Position numbers and translations under genes: made by a program
Shown here: piece after piece, positions 49,429 through 59,274 of the stretch
How the letters are laid out: every line of letters starts with the position of its first letter
Position numbering within the stretch: position 1 is the stretch's first letter
DNA from: an uncultured virus (IMG/VR IMGVR_UViG_3300005460_000001)
Taxonomy: Duplodnaviria; Heunggongvirae; Uroviricota; Caudoviricetes
IMG/VR virus record: IMGVR_UViG_3300005460_000001
Location: 1-64,000 of that record
Length of the DNA: 64,000 nt
Strand: one strand, 5' to 3'
Notes under the pieces: model-generated
The model's input: only the letters and a program-made list of their open reading frames with translations
Told to the model about the DNA's origin: nothing
Database searches by the model: none

Positions 49429-49968
49429 ATGAATGACGATTTACAAAAGTACTTAAGTGAAGTAATCAAAACTACAAAACTCGAAAAGATTGTTAAAGAC
49501 CCATCTTCTAAAATTGTAACCGTATGTGGGCCGTTAGGTAAAGACATTGATGGGTTTAATGCGAAGTTTATACTAGACGTTCAAAGTGAGTTAACTAAAT
49601 TAAATTGCCTTCCTTTTATTCCTATTATAACATGTAATGGTGATTTTTTGGAGAAGAAAGATTTATATAGAGTCGCTCATTTGAAAAAAATAGCAATGAG
49701 CGATATTGTGGTATTTGTTAATTTCTGGGGAGATGAAAGTTATAATGGGGAAGGTACTAATTTAGAAATAAGATTTTCTAGGCTTACTAATAAAACCATT
49801 TTGTATACCTATATCCCAACAGATGAAAATTACTCATATGAGGAATATAATGATTTAATTTTAGATTCCATTCCATTATATAAGGAGACTAAAAAGGAGT
49901 GCACTCATAACCCAGAACCATTAGATGGTGTTAGTTTTTATAAAGGAAGTGATGCTTCATGGGAATAA
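49429..49968 (+). CDS. nucleoside 2-deoxyribosyltransferase-like protein
   Basis: VTVCGP...HLKKIAMSDIVVFVN...GEGTNLEIRF..LTNKTI pattern. Confidence 0.55.
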   Translation: MNDDLQKYLSEVIKTTKLEKIVKDPSSKIVTVCGPLGKDIDGFNAKFILDVQSELTKLNCLPFIPIITCNGDFLEKKDLYRVAHLKKIAMSDIVVFVNFWGDESYNGEGTNLEIRFSRLTNKTILYTYIPTDENYSYEEYNDLILDSIPLYKETKKECTHNPEPLDGVSFYKGSDASWE

Positions 49969-51872
49969 TTAAGGGTTATCCAGAAGGAAGCGACATTACC
50001 GTTTTAAATACTGATTACCATTATCCTCATAAAAAAGAAGATGGAAAATATACTGATGGTGATATTACTATAGTATATAAGGACAATCGTACTGGTAAAA
50101 AGCACTTTCAGGTTATTAATAATCCGGATTATACTTTTTATGCTGCTAACGATGATGTATTAGTAGAGCATCCAGTTTTATATATAGAACGCGATAAGGT
50201 TCATCCGGTTACGGTCCCGTATAAAAATCTAGATAAAAAGATAGCCGAATTAACTGGCAATGAAGATTTTTATTACGAGAATATAAGAAATGGAAATAGA
50301 AGAAACAACAGAGAACTACATTATTTGCCGAATATCTTCGGTTCTACTATGAGTGTGGAAAATCATTATAGATACTTGTTCAATGAGCAGTATGTAAACA
50401 ATCCGTTTAAGATAAAGAAGGCCTACTTCGATATTGAGGCTGATACTATTAATATGGACGAAGACTTTCCAAGAATGGGTGAGTGTCCAATTAATGCGAT
50501 ATCTTATATAGATGAATCCACTAACATAATTCATTCATTCCTATTAAGAACTAAGGGAAATCCTTTAATAAAAGAGTTTGAAAATGAAGTTAAAAGTGGC
50601 AAGATATTTAATGAAGTTAAAGAATTTATAACAAATGCCGTAACTCCTAAATTGGCTCGCAAATACGGATTAGAAGATTTTGAAGTAAAGTTTCATTTTT
50701 ATGATGAAGACGATGAAATAAGATTAATTCAGGACTTCTTCTTATTGGTTAATTTAAATGAACCGGACTTCTTAGTAGCATGGAATATGGCATTCGATAT
50801 TCCATACATTGTTGAGCGTATTAATATTCTTGGATATGACCCAAGAGAAATAATGTGCCATAGAGATATAAAGCCAGAATTTAGACACGCTAAGTATTAT
50901 ATAGACACAAGAGCAGAAACGTTTGCTGAAAGAGGAGATTATTATGATATATCCTCTCATACTGTATATCTTGATCAGTTGATACAATTTGCTTCCAGAA
51001 GAAAAGGTCAGAAAGAGTTAGACTCATATAAACTCGATGATGTAGGCGATGTAATAGCAAAGGTACGAAAACTTGATTATAGTCACATTACTACAAATAT
51101 ATCTAAATTACCATATTTAGATTATAAGACATTTGTATTCTACAACATAATGGATACTATAGTGCAAAAATGTATAGAATCTAAGGTTAAAGACTTAGAC
51201 TATGTATTTGGTAAATCATTGGCACAGAATACTGATTATAGTAAAGTGCATCGACAAACCGTATACTTGACCAACCGTGCATATTCTGAATGGCTAAAAG
51301 ACGGATTAGTAATTGGAAACGGAAAGGGAATACAAGAAAAGGTCCCATTCCCAGGAGCATTAGTAAGTCAGCCGCTTAATAATTCTGATTACTCCAAGAT
51401 GAAGTTTGACAGACAAACTGTTGATATAGTAGATAATATGTGTGACTTCGATTATAAAGCACTGTATCCAACAACAGCATGTCAGAATAATATGGGTCCA
51501 AACACTCAAATTGGAAAGATTAAGATTGAACAGAAAGTATTTGAGAAAGAGAATCCATTTAATAATAAATTCTATGACCGCGGCGGACAGTTTATTGAGG
51601 ATTATACTTCTGGAGACGCTCTTAGCTTTGGTAATAGATGGTTACATCTTGGAACCTATACTGAAATATTGGACGACGTCACTGAATTCTTTACAGTAGT
51701 AATTCCAAATGCACAGCATATTAGAAACGGTATGCAAAATGGAATGTCCTATCAAACTAATGCATTGATGCCGGGTATGCAATATCTAGATGAAGGTGAA
51801 TATATGAAAGGAATGCTATATTACCCCGGTACAATGAATAAAAAGGAGGTACTTGAAAATATAAAATGGTAA
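49959..51872 (+). CDS. family B DNA polymerase, N-terminal (exonuclease + motif A) subunit of a split enzyme
   Basis: FDIEAD (ExoI), WNMAFDIPY (ExoII), YKLD, YNIMD (ExoIII) and DFDYKALYP (motif A); motifs B and C absent. Confidence 0.85.
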   Translation: MGIIKGYPEGSDITVLNTDYHYPHKKEDGKYTDGDITIVYKDNRTGKKHFQVINNPDYTFYAANDDVLVEHPVLYIERDKVHPVTVPYKNLDKKIAELTGNEDFYYENIRNGNRRNNRELHYLPNIFGSTMSVENHYRYLFNEQYVNNPFKIKKAYFDIEADTINMDEDFPRMGECPINAISYIDESTNIIHSFLLRTKGNPLIKEFENEVKSGKIFNEVKEFITNAVTPKLARKYGLEDFEVKFHFYDEDDEIRLIQDFFLLVNLNEPDFLVAWNMAFDIPYIVERINILGYDPREIMCHRDIKPEFRHAKYYIDTRAETFAERGDYYDISSHTVYLDQLIQFASRRKGQKELDSYKLDDVGDVIAKVRKLDYSHITTNISKLPYLDYKTFVFYNIMDTIVQKCIESKVKDLDYVFGKSLAQNTDYSKVHRQTVYLTNRAYSEWLKDGLVIGNGKGIQEKVPFPGALVSQPLNNSDYSKMKFDRQTVDIVDNMCDFDYKALYPTTACQNNMGPNTQIGKIKIEQKVFEKENPFNNKFYDRGGQFIEDYTSGDALSFGNRWLHLGTYTEILDDVTEFFTVVIPNAQHIRNGMQNGMSYQTNALMPGMQYLDEGEYMKGMLYYPGTMNKKEVLENIKW

Positions 51873-52486
51873 GACGCGCAGAACAACTAGAAACGATTTT
51901 TAAGTTGGCTAAAATACCTAAGAAAGAAATAGTGGCATTTTATCCCAACGGATTAATATTTGGCACAGACATTAATTTTGCTAGTATTACCGAAGTCATT
52001 TCTTATAATGCATTTACTCCGTTATCATATCCGTATGAAGTGGATATAAAAGAGTTCTCTTCATTTATGAAAACTTTATCTACATGTAAAGACGGGTTTG
52101 TAAACTATACACCATTTGAGATACAATTAGTTATGGGCAATGGCTATAAGGAGTCGTTGCCCATGTATTTTAGTGTAAATGACATGGGAAGATTATATCA
52201 AACTTACGCATCCGTTAAACTACGTCCTGTAATACAGCGTATACAATCCGCAAATAAGGATAGTATATTAGAGGATATGTTTAAATTGAAAGTATCCGAT
52301 GGGGCAAAAATTTATAATATTGGAGAAAAGTTAATGACTTCATTTAATTCTATACATCCAGTAAATAAATCAGACACTGCAGATATTTTAATAAGAGATC
52401 ATGACGAAATTTCATTTACTGCAGAATTTGTTATAATTAAAAAGGATTGTGAGTTGCACGAGTTATTTAGACATAGAAAAATATAA
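51866..52486 (+). CDS. hypothetical protein coupled to DNA polymerase
   Basis: 206-aa ORF, AAGGAGGT RBS, overlaps the pol stop. Confidence 0.75.
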   Translation: MVRRAEQLETIFKLAKIPKKEIVAFYPNGLIFGTDINFASITEVISYNAFTPLSYPYEVDIKEFSSFMKTLSTCKDGFVNYTPFEIQLVMGNGYKESLPMYFSVNDMGRLYQTYASVKLRPVIQRIQSANKDSILEDMFKLKVSDGAKIYNIGEKLMTSFNSIHPVNKSDTADILIRDHDEISFTAEFVIIKKDCELHELFRHRKI

Positions 52487-52489
52487 ATA

Positions 52490-52966
52490 GTGAGAGGGAA
52501 CAGAAGAGAAATGAACAATACCGATTTTAAACAGCTATCGTTAGACATAAGAGTATTTGCAAGCTATTACAATAAGTGGATGGATGAAAATGACATTAAA
52601 CAATCAGTAAATCGTATAATGTCAGCATGTGTACAAAATTCATCTACAGACAACACTAATTTATTCAGTCTGATTTATCAGATTTGTAAACTTATTTTGC
52701 TTGAAGATTGGTGTAGCACAAACTCTGGGAGTCTTAAGATTAGACAAATAGGGAGTGCATTAAATACTCTAATAAACTTTACAAATGAAGAGGGGTATAT
52801 ACGGACCGATACAATTGACGTTCATGATTATACCAGTGTTTGCAAAGCGATGTTGAGTATCTGCAATATCCTTGATGGAGCGATGAGTTATATACCATAT
52901 ATTGTAAAAGACGATATAGGTCTATGTACGTTATACGTTCTCAAAAATCTTAAAGAAAAAGAATAA
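52490..52966 (+). CDS. hypothetical protein
   Basis: 158-aa ORF followed by a terminator. Confidence 0.7.
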   Translation: MRGNRREMNNTDFKQLSLDIRVFASYYNKWMDENDIKQSVNRIMSACVQNSSTDNTNLFSLIYQICKLILLEDWCSTNSGSLKIRQIGSALNTLINFTNEEGYIRTDTIDVHDYTSVCKAMLSICNILDGAMSYIPYIVKDDIGLCTLYVLKNLKEKE

Positions 52967-53058
52967 ACAGATTTGCGGTAGGAGTTCTATGCTCCTACCG
53001 TGCTTTTATTTTTTGCCTCCTGAAACATATATTTAATTACGTTAAAGGAGGTTTTACC

Positions 53059-55371
53059 GTGGCTAAGCGAAAAAGTAATTTTAATATAATTAATAAACGG
53101 CTTTCTACTATTAAAGACTTAATGGGAAGCATTTATAAATCCACATATGGTTCAACACCAGAACTATCTGATTCAGTAGATAATATTTCTCAAGAAATAG
53201 AAGATAATATATCTGCTATTGTTTCTAGAAACAATATGGATAGTGTTTCTGGAGTTGCAAAATTATATACTAGATTGAAAATAGGACAGATAGATGGTAA
53301 TGGAGATTTGACAAAAAAAGTATCTGATGTGCTCACTGATACGTCTTCGATAAATGGTATCTTGTCCATGTATATGGAAAATAGATGGATAAAGGATCTT
53401 GATCTTGAGTATGAAACAATCCTTAGATACATGCCGAGATTAAAGGAGGCTATGAAAGCCAAGAAAGAAAACGTATTATCTTCAGATAACTTTTCAAATG
53501 ATTTTATTAATGTATCCCCAGTTGGTGTAACAGATAAGACGGATTTATCTATGTTTGCTGCAAGAAATTCAGAATTAGAAGAGCTATATGATTTACAAAG
53601 ATTTTACGAGAAATCATATGACAAAGCAGCAATGGGAGAGTGTTTTGTTTACTGTGTTCCATATTCTAAGGCTATTAAAACTCTTCTTATGAATAAATCA
53701 AAAACCACCCCCGGAAGAGTATTTGGAAATAATTTGCATGGGGTATCAAGAGAATCATCAGTACAGGAGATAACTATAATAGAAAACGGAGTCATTAGTA
53801 GTGACATAGCTACGTATGAGATGGTAGAAAAGATAATATCAGATAAAGAAAAACATCACATCTGTGAAGTATCTGATATACTTCCAAACAACTTTAAAGT
53901 TATTATAGATAATAGGGGGTTTCTTGAATCTGCTTTTAACGAGAGAGGAGACGCTGAAACTTTTATATCTAATTCTCCATCCACAGTGTTAGAAAGTTAT
54001 GGTACCTATTCAGAGTCTAAAATTCCTATTGACACTCAAACAGTGCCAGATCAATTAGAAGTTCCAAAAGACTTTAATTATAAAACATCACATGATGGGT
54101 TAATATTAAAAGACGATGGGGATGTTAGGGTCCAAGGAGCAGTATTAAAAATTCTTGATAAAGAAAATATTATTCCATTGTACCTAAATGATACTTGTTT
54201 AGGATATTATTATTTGGAATTTAATAATGGAAGTTCTTATGATTTATTAACGAGTAATGACCATGTTCTAGGTAGAGATATGATAGGGTTCACTGGAATT
54301 CAACCGCAAGGTAGAAACTTTGCTAATGCTGCTATAGAGAACTCTAGAGATCAATTACTATCTCGTATAGCATGGAACATATCAAGCAGAATAGATTCTA
54401 AGTTTATAAATAAAAATCAAGATCTTGTTAAGGATATTTATGAGATTCTTAAATACAATGATTTAGCAAATGCTCAAGCGCTATCATCTATAAGAATAAC
54501 CTTTATACCGCCGGATGATGTAGAACATTTATTCTTTGAGCAGGATGAAAAAACCCATAGAGGTATTTCTGATTTGGCATATGCATTAATTCCGGCTAAA
54601 CTTTACTCTTGTTTATATATAACAAATACTTTAGGACATCTAACTCGTGGACATGATAAGAGGGTATATTACGTTAAGCAAAATGTAGAGACGAATATAG
54701 CTCAGACCATGGTTAATGTGATAAACCAAATTAAAAAAGGAAATTTTGGTTTAAGGGAAATAGAGAATATGAATAGTATTCTTAATATTACTGGAAGATT
54801 TAACGATTTCGTAATACCTGTAGGACCTTCTGGTGATTCTCCTATACAATTTGAAGTGATGCCCGGGCAAGATTTTCAATCTGATAATGAACTCATGGAT
54901 AGGCTTGAGGAAATGTCAATTAATAGTACTGGTATGCCCATAGAGTATATTCAAAATAGAATGAATTCTATAGACTTTGCAGTTCAAGCTACTACTGTAA
55001 ATCTTAAGGTGCTTAGATCGTCATACACTAGACAAAGGATATTTGGCAAATTCATGACTCGTATTCAAAGAAGACTATACAAATATCAGTATGGAGATGA
55101 TTTGGATATGAGATGTATGTTGCCTCCTCCGATAGTAGCTAGTGCAGTGAGCATGAATGATATAATAAATAATGTCAGACAGAGTGTCGAAGCAATAGCA
55201 TCATATGAATACGATGGTTCTACTGATCCTGATGCTGAAGCTAAAAAGGCTATATTTATTAAAATCGAAATGCGTAAAAGATTAGCAGCATATGTACAAG
55301 AAGATGATATTAAGAATTCTATAGATGCTGCTGAGTTAGAGTTTGCTAAGACTAAAAAGAATGAGGAATAA
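53059..55371 (+). CDS. putative portal protein
   Basis: 770 aa next to the sheath/tube genes; GECFVY, RGHDKRVYYV, DFVIP.G.SGDSPIQFEVMPG and TGMPIEY resemble T4-gp20-like portals. Confidence 0.6.
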   Translation: MAKRKSNFNIINKRLSTIKDLMGSIYKSTYGSTPELSDSVDNISQEIEDNISAIVSRNNMDSVSGVAKLYTRLKIGQIDGNGDLTKKVSDVLTDTSSINGILSMYMENRWIKDLDLEYETILRYMPRLKEAMKAKKENVLSSDNFSNDFINVSPVGVTDKTDLSMFAARNSELEELYDLQRFYEKSYDKAAMGECFVYCVPYSKAIKTLLMNKSKTTPGRVFGNNLHGVSRESSVQEITIIENGVISSDIATYEMVEKIISDKEKHHICEVSDILPNNFKVIIDNRGFLESAFNERGDAETFISNSPSTVLESYGTYSESKIPIDTQTVPDQLEVPKDFNYKTSHDGLILKDDGDVRVQGAVLKILDKENIIPLYLNDTCLGYYYLEFNNGSSYDLLTSNDHVLGRDMIGFTGIQPQGRNFANAAIENSRDQLLSRIAWNISSRIDSKFINKNQDLVKDIYEILKYNDLANAQALSSIRITFIPPDDVEHLFFEQDEKTHRGISDLAYALIPAKLYSCLYITNTLGHLTRGHDKRVYYVKQNVETNIAQTMVNVINQIKKGNFGLREIENMNSILNITGRFNDFVIPVGPSGDSPIQFEVMPGQDFQSDNELMDRLEEMSINSTGMPIEYIQNRMNSIDFAVQATTVNLKVLRSSYTRQRIFGKFMTRIQRRLYKYQYGDDLDMRCMLPPPIVASAVSMNDIINNVRQSVEAIASYEYDGSTDPDAEAKKAIFIKIEMRKRLAAYVQEDDIKNSIDAAELEFAKTKKNEE

Positions 55372-55377
55372 AATATA

Positions 55378-55415
55378 GAGGTACGGACCTTTGCCCGTAC
55401 CTCCAATCTTTTTAT
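55378..55415. terminator. terminator between convergent genes
   Basis: GAGGTACGG...CCGTACCTC stem. Confidence 0.6.
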
Positions 55416-55417
55416 CA

Positions 55418-56317
55418 TTATCTAGTTTCAGAAGACTGACCATATCTTGACTCGATATTTTTCAGAGCTGCCCATTGATGATAATCAGAATTCCATTCAA
55501 CCGGCTCTGGGTCAGTATTAACACCCTGTACAAGAGAAGCCGTTCTATTATCAAGTCTAGCAGAAGCTGCATTTTGAACAGCACCAGTCTTGTTGATGTA
55601 TGCAAGCATCTTCAGTGCTCTCTTTTCAATCTCTGGACCGTCTATCGGGAAACACTGGAAAGTGACATCAATCTGTTTAGATTCGATGGTTGCCTTATCA
55701 GATTCGTAGATAGACGTACGAGCATTGTTTGGCCATGCATTAGCAAGGTAGTAAGCAGCTTCAAGACCGAGTCCAGTATTATCTGTTACGAGATAAAGCA
55801 AGTTAAATACTTCATTCTCGAAACCAGCAGCTAACTCACCATTTGCAATAAGACCGTGGTACGTCTTCATCTGAGTTCTCGGGTCTCTTACACCTTCAAT
55901 ATAGTATTTAATAAATCTAGTAATAGTAGATCCAGATTTCTCAGTAAACGACATGGTTACTTCAGTAGCAGATTGCTTATTAGCTTTACCCGCAGCATTG
56001 ATAGTAGAAACACCGTCAGTGTATTCAAGTGTATCTACACTGATATCTTCAATACCAGTAAGTCCTTTAAATTCCCATTCGAGAATATTATAGAACGCAT
56101 CTGCCACCTTTCTAAACTCTTCGTCATTATCGGCACATTTCTCAATAAATACCGGTTTATCTACAATAACCAGGAGAGAGTGACCAGACTCATACATGTT
56201 CAACTGCTTAGCATTGGTGAAATCAGTAACTCCACGCATCTTACTAAACTCTGAACCAGCACGAGGATTCAACGTATAAGTATCATAATAATCTGTGTAT
56301 ACCGCCTGTTTAGCCAT
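55418..56317 (-). CDS. putative tail tube protein
   Basis: directly downstream of the sheath gene; MSFTEKSGS..YIEGVRDP, LANAWP and IDVTFQC, typical of tube folds. Confidence 0.65.
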   Translation of the reverse strand: MAKQAVYTDYYDTYTLNPRAGSEFSKMRGVTDFTNAKQLNMYESGHSLLVIVDKPVFIEKCADNDEEFRKVADAFYNILEWEFKGLTGIEDISVDTLEYTDGVSTINAAGKANKQSATEVTMSFTEKSGSTITRFIKYYIEGVRDPRTQMKTYHGLIANGELAAGFENEVFNLLYLVTDNTGLGLEAAYYLANAWPNNARTSIYESDKATIESKQIDVTFQCFPIDGPEIEKRALKMLAYINKTGAVQNAASARLDNRTASLVQGVNTDPEPVEWNSDYHQWAALKNIESRYGQSSETR

Positions 56318-56337
56318 TAATTACTCCTCCTTTCTTA

Positions 56338-58323
56338 TTAATTTTGAGACAGTGTTGACGCCATTAAAGTATACAAGTTAAAGATCTCTTGCTGCTCATA
56401 ATCTTTAAATACAACAAATACATCAGCTTCAAATATCTTATTTGCTATCATAACATCATCCTGTACATAATCCATAACGATGGATGTAAAGTTAGAGCTT
56501 CTACGATTGATGATGTTGTTAACGTCATTTCTATACTGGATAAGATCCTTATCAGTAATAAATGCATAACGGTATCTCGGGCACTCAGTACGGATGTCAT
56601 GCATAACCTGCGTGATTGCAAAGATATTGTTGACATAACCAAGCTGCGTTCTTGCAAGGTCTTGAGAAGTATACTGGGTCTCCAGCACGATCTCGTCTCC
56701 AATGATGCTTAAGTAATTCAGAGAATTATCACTTAACAATTCCTTCTGGTCCACATTCGGCCCAACCTTAGGAAGATAAGATATTGTTCCATCTATAATC
56801 TCCGGGAAGGTGAAATTATACCTTATACCACTAAGAGGAGCATTTCTGCGATTTATCAAATGATCTACTAATTTGCTGCAGAGTAGATATGGCAAAGTAA
56901 CAGTAATCTGCTTCTTTGTCCAGTAGTCAATGATATCGCAGCTCTGTGGATAATCTGCACAGAATACACTTCGTTCATGATCTGATCTAGCAAACATAAT
57001 AGCATCATAGCTTGAAAGCCCAAGACCATAATCTCTCAGGTATAAGGTATCTTGACGCCAATCGACAAGCTTAGTTAATGCTTCTTTAACAGCAAACGGA
57101 TAGTTTGCGTCAGTAATTGCGTCGATTTGATATCTGTCCACATCAGTAATACTGTTGTCGAAGTCTCCGTCTACCACAGCGCACATCTGCTCAGCCAAGA
57201 GGTCCGGATGCTTGATAGGCATGTCGCCAAACGAACCATTATCTCCTTCCTGAATCATCATTCCGAGTTCAGAACTGAGGTCGTACCCGTTTTCGTCTAT
57301 GCTAATTTGCTGCAAAGATTCGCCTTTACGATTCTTACCGAAAATCGGGTCGATTGTACGAAGTTCTTCCTCTGCTATACCGGTAATATCAGCAAGACGT
57401 GATATAAACAGGTTAGTAGAATCATCAAATGCTGCAGCCTTTATTTGAAGGAACTTTTTAGCACTCTCTGTAATGGATCTACTTTCTCCGAGATACATGG
57501 AGTCCTCATTGAAGTTGAACCATACGTATTCATCTTCTTCTTTTACCTCGCCGATGTAATTGAATTTATACATCTGCATATTCATGTTCTTACTAATTAT
57601 ATAATCCGGTTTGATGCTAAATCTCTTAGAAGATACGCCTCTACCAATATCGGTTACAATCCATAATGGATATATGTAACGGTGAATGTCAGGATCTTCA
57701 GTATCCGGAACCTGCCCAACCGGGTTCTCATCGGTAAGCGGGTCTCCTACCTTAGTTACATGCTCATAATCAATTTCATCACCGTACTCAAGCTCATCTT
57801 TTACAAGACGTTCTGCATAGGTACGAGCCTCTTCGAGAGTCTTAATACCTTTGATAGAAACAGCGTCATAGAGAATCTTAGCTGTATTCATCATTGCTCT
57901 CTCGTTTGTAGCATTATTAGAATCCGTAGTTTCCTGACCAGTTACCTTGTCGATAAACAACGGTTTTCCAGCGGAATCTACCTTCTGGACTTGTTCACTG
58001 GATACCTTTGCGAGTATAACCAGGTTAGCAAGATACGCATCGTCTGCCACTACTCTTTTACAGAGAAGCTCACCACCGGCTTTAATAATGCTTGCTGCCT
58101 GAATCAATGGCTGACCATGTTTCTTATATGATGGTGCATTCCCATACAGTTTAAAGAAATCTGTGCCGCGAACTCTTCTAAGATTTTCTGGGCCTTTATC
58201 CGAACTAAACAGCTGGAAAAACAACGGACTTTGCAGTCTGTCTTCTACTGTTGTGTCGATGAAGGTACGATCATATAAGTGAATAAAAGTACCCGGACGG
58301 TTTTTACTATTCAAAACTGCCAT
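56338..58323 (-). CDS. contractile tail sheath protein
   Basis: PGT.I...D start, SDKGPE, FFKLYG..HGQP, CKRVV, DANYP and RQD; likely ATG at 58323 after AAGGAGG. Confidence 0.75.
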   Translation of the reverse strand: MAVLNSKNRPGTFIHLYDRTFIDTTVEDRLQSPLFFQLFSSDKGPENLRRVRGTDFFKLYGNAPSYKKHGQPLIQAASIIKAGGELLCKRVVADDAYLANLVILAKVSSEQVQKVDSAGKPLFIDKVTGQETTDSNNATNERAMMNTAKILYDAVSIKGIKTLEEARTYAERLVKDELEYGDEIDYEHVTKVGDPLTDENPVGQVPDTEDPDIHRYIYPLWIVTDIGRGVSSKRFSIKPDYIISKNMNMQMYKFNYIGEVKEEDEYVWFNFNEDSMYLGESRSITESAKKFLQIKAAAFDDSTNLFISRLADITGIAEEELRTIDPIFGKNRKGESLQQISIDENGYDLSSELGMMIQEGDNGSFGDMPIKHPDLLAEQMCAVVDGDFDNSITDVDRYQIDAITDANYPFAVKEALTKLVDWRQDTLYLRDYGLGLSSYDAIMFARSDHERSVFCADYPQSCDIIDYWTKKQITVTLPYLLCSKLVDHLINRRNAPLSGIRYNFTFPEIIDGTISYLPKVGPNVDQKELLSDNSLNYLSIIGDEIVLETQYTSQDLARTQLGYVNNIFAITQVMHDIRTECPRYRYAFITDKDLIQYRNDVNNIINRRSSNFTSIVMDYVQDDVMIANKIFEADVFVVFKDYEQQEIFNLYTLMASTLSQN

Positions 58324-58437
58324 CTTATTATATCCTCCTTTATTTATTTCAAATAATAATTCAAAATTTACATTCAAAGTTAATAAATGTAATTTACCAA
58401 TATGTTACCTGAACCTCGTATCGGGGGACTCTATGAA

Positions 58438-59193
58438 TTAATGGCCCATCATTATTTTTTCCATTGGATTATAAACATCTTCTTTGGAATCCCCCATATT
58501 TATTGCTGCTACAATGGCTTCATTCCAATTCTCACTTAAAATTGCACTGAATGGGGATATGTATTTAGGGACATCTCTTATTGGTATTGAAACATATCCA
58601 TTCATATCTCCTTTTTTAAATTTGGATGATGCATAATATGGGGTAGAGATATCATCTTTATCTCTACATAATTCTGATATCAATAATCCAAATAATTGCC
58701 AATTGGTTTTATAGTTTCCACCATTTAATCTCATAGATTCATAAAAATATTCTTGTATTTCGTTATATGGTATAAAGGTAGGTATATTTCCAGTTTTGAC
58801 AAACATTCTATAGAACTCTTCTACATTTTCTATATCTTTAGCCAATAGCAAAGAACTCATAAATTTATCTTCATTATTATCAGAATAGTGAAGAATTCTA
58901 TAATCCATTTTTTCTTGGCCTTCCAGCAATAATCCCTTTACTTTTTCTATTTTGCCAGGTCTAGTAGTAAACTTTGTAGGTAATTTTAATTGCCTAATAT
59001 TTTTTGTTGGGTCTGATTTGCTTGATGATATTTGTGAGTATAATAATATACCCATAGTATCTATATATTCACCGTTTACAATAGCAAATCTCATATCAAA
59101 CCATTTTTCTGGTATGTATAATAGCACTTCTCCGTTTCCGCTATATACTAATGAATTGTCTTTTTTCTTAAAATAGGATGGTAGCATGTTCAT
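58438..59193 (-). CDS. putative RNA polymerase beta' C-terminal fragment (virion RNAP?)
   Basis: LLISELCR...SPFSAILSENWNEAIVAAI...PMEKIMMG resembles beta' 'SFxSAASFQET...AA..G...ENVIxG'. Confidence 0.5.
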   Translation of the reverse strand: MNMLPSYFKKKDNSLVYSGNGEVLLYIPEKWFDMRFAIVNGEYIDTMGILLYSQISSSKSDPTKNIRQLKLPTKFTTRPGKIEKVKGLLLEGQEKMDYRILHYSDNNEDKFMSSLLLAKDIENVEEFYRMFVKTGNIPTFIPYNEIQEYFYESMRLNGGNYKTNWQLFGLLISELCRDKDDISTPYYASSKFKKGDMNGYVSIPIRDVPKYISPFSAILSENWNEAIVAAINMGDSKEDVYNPMEKIMMGH

Positions 59194-59274
59194 GTAACTC
59201 CCTTCATAGTAAAATTACATGAATGTTTTGGCGATAAAAACACCCGGATAGGACCCAAGCCCTATCCGGAAAGA

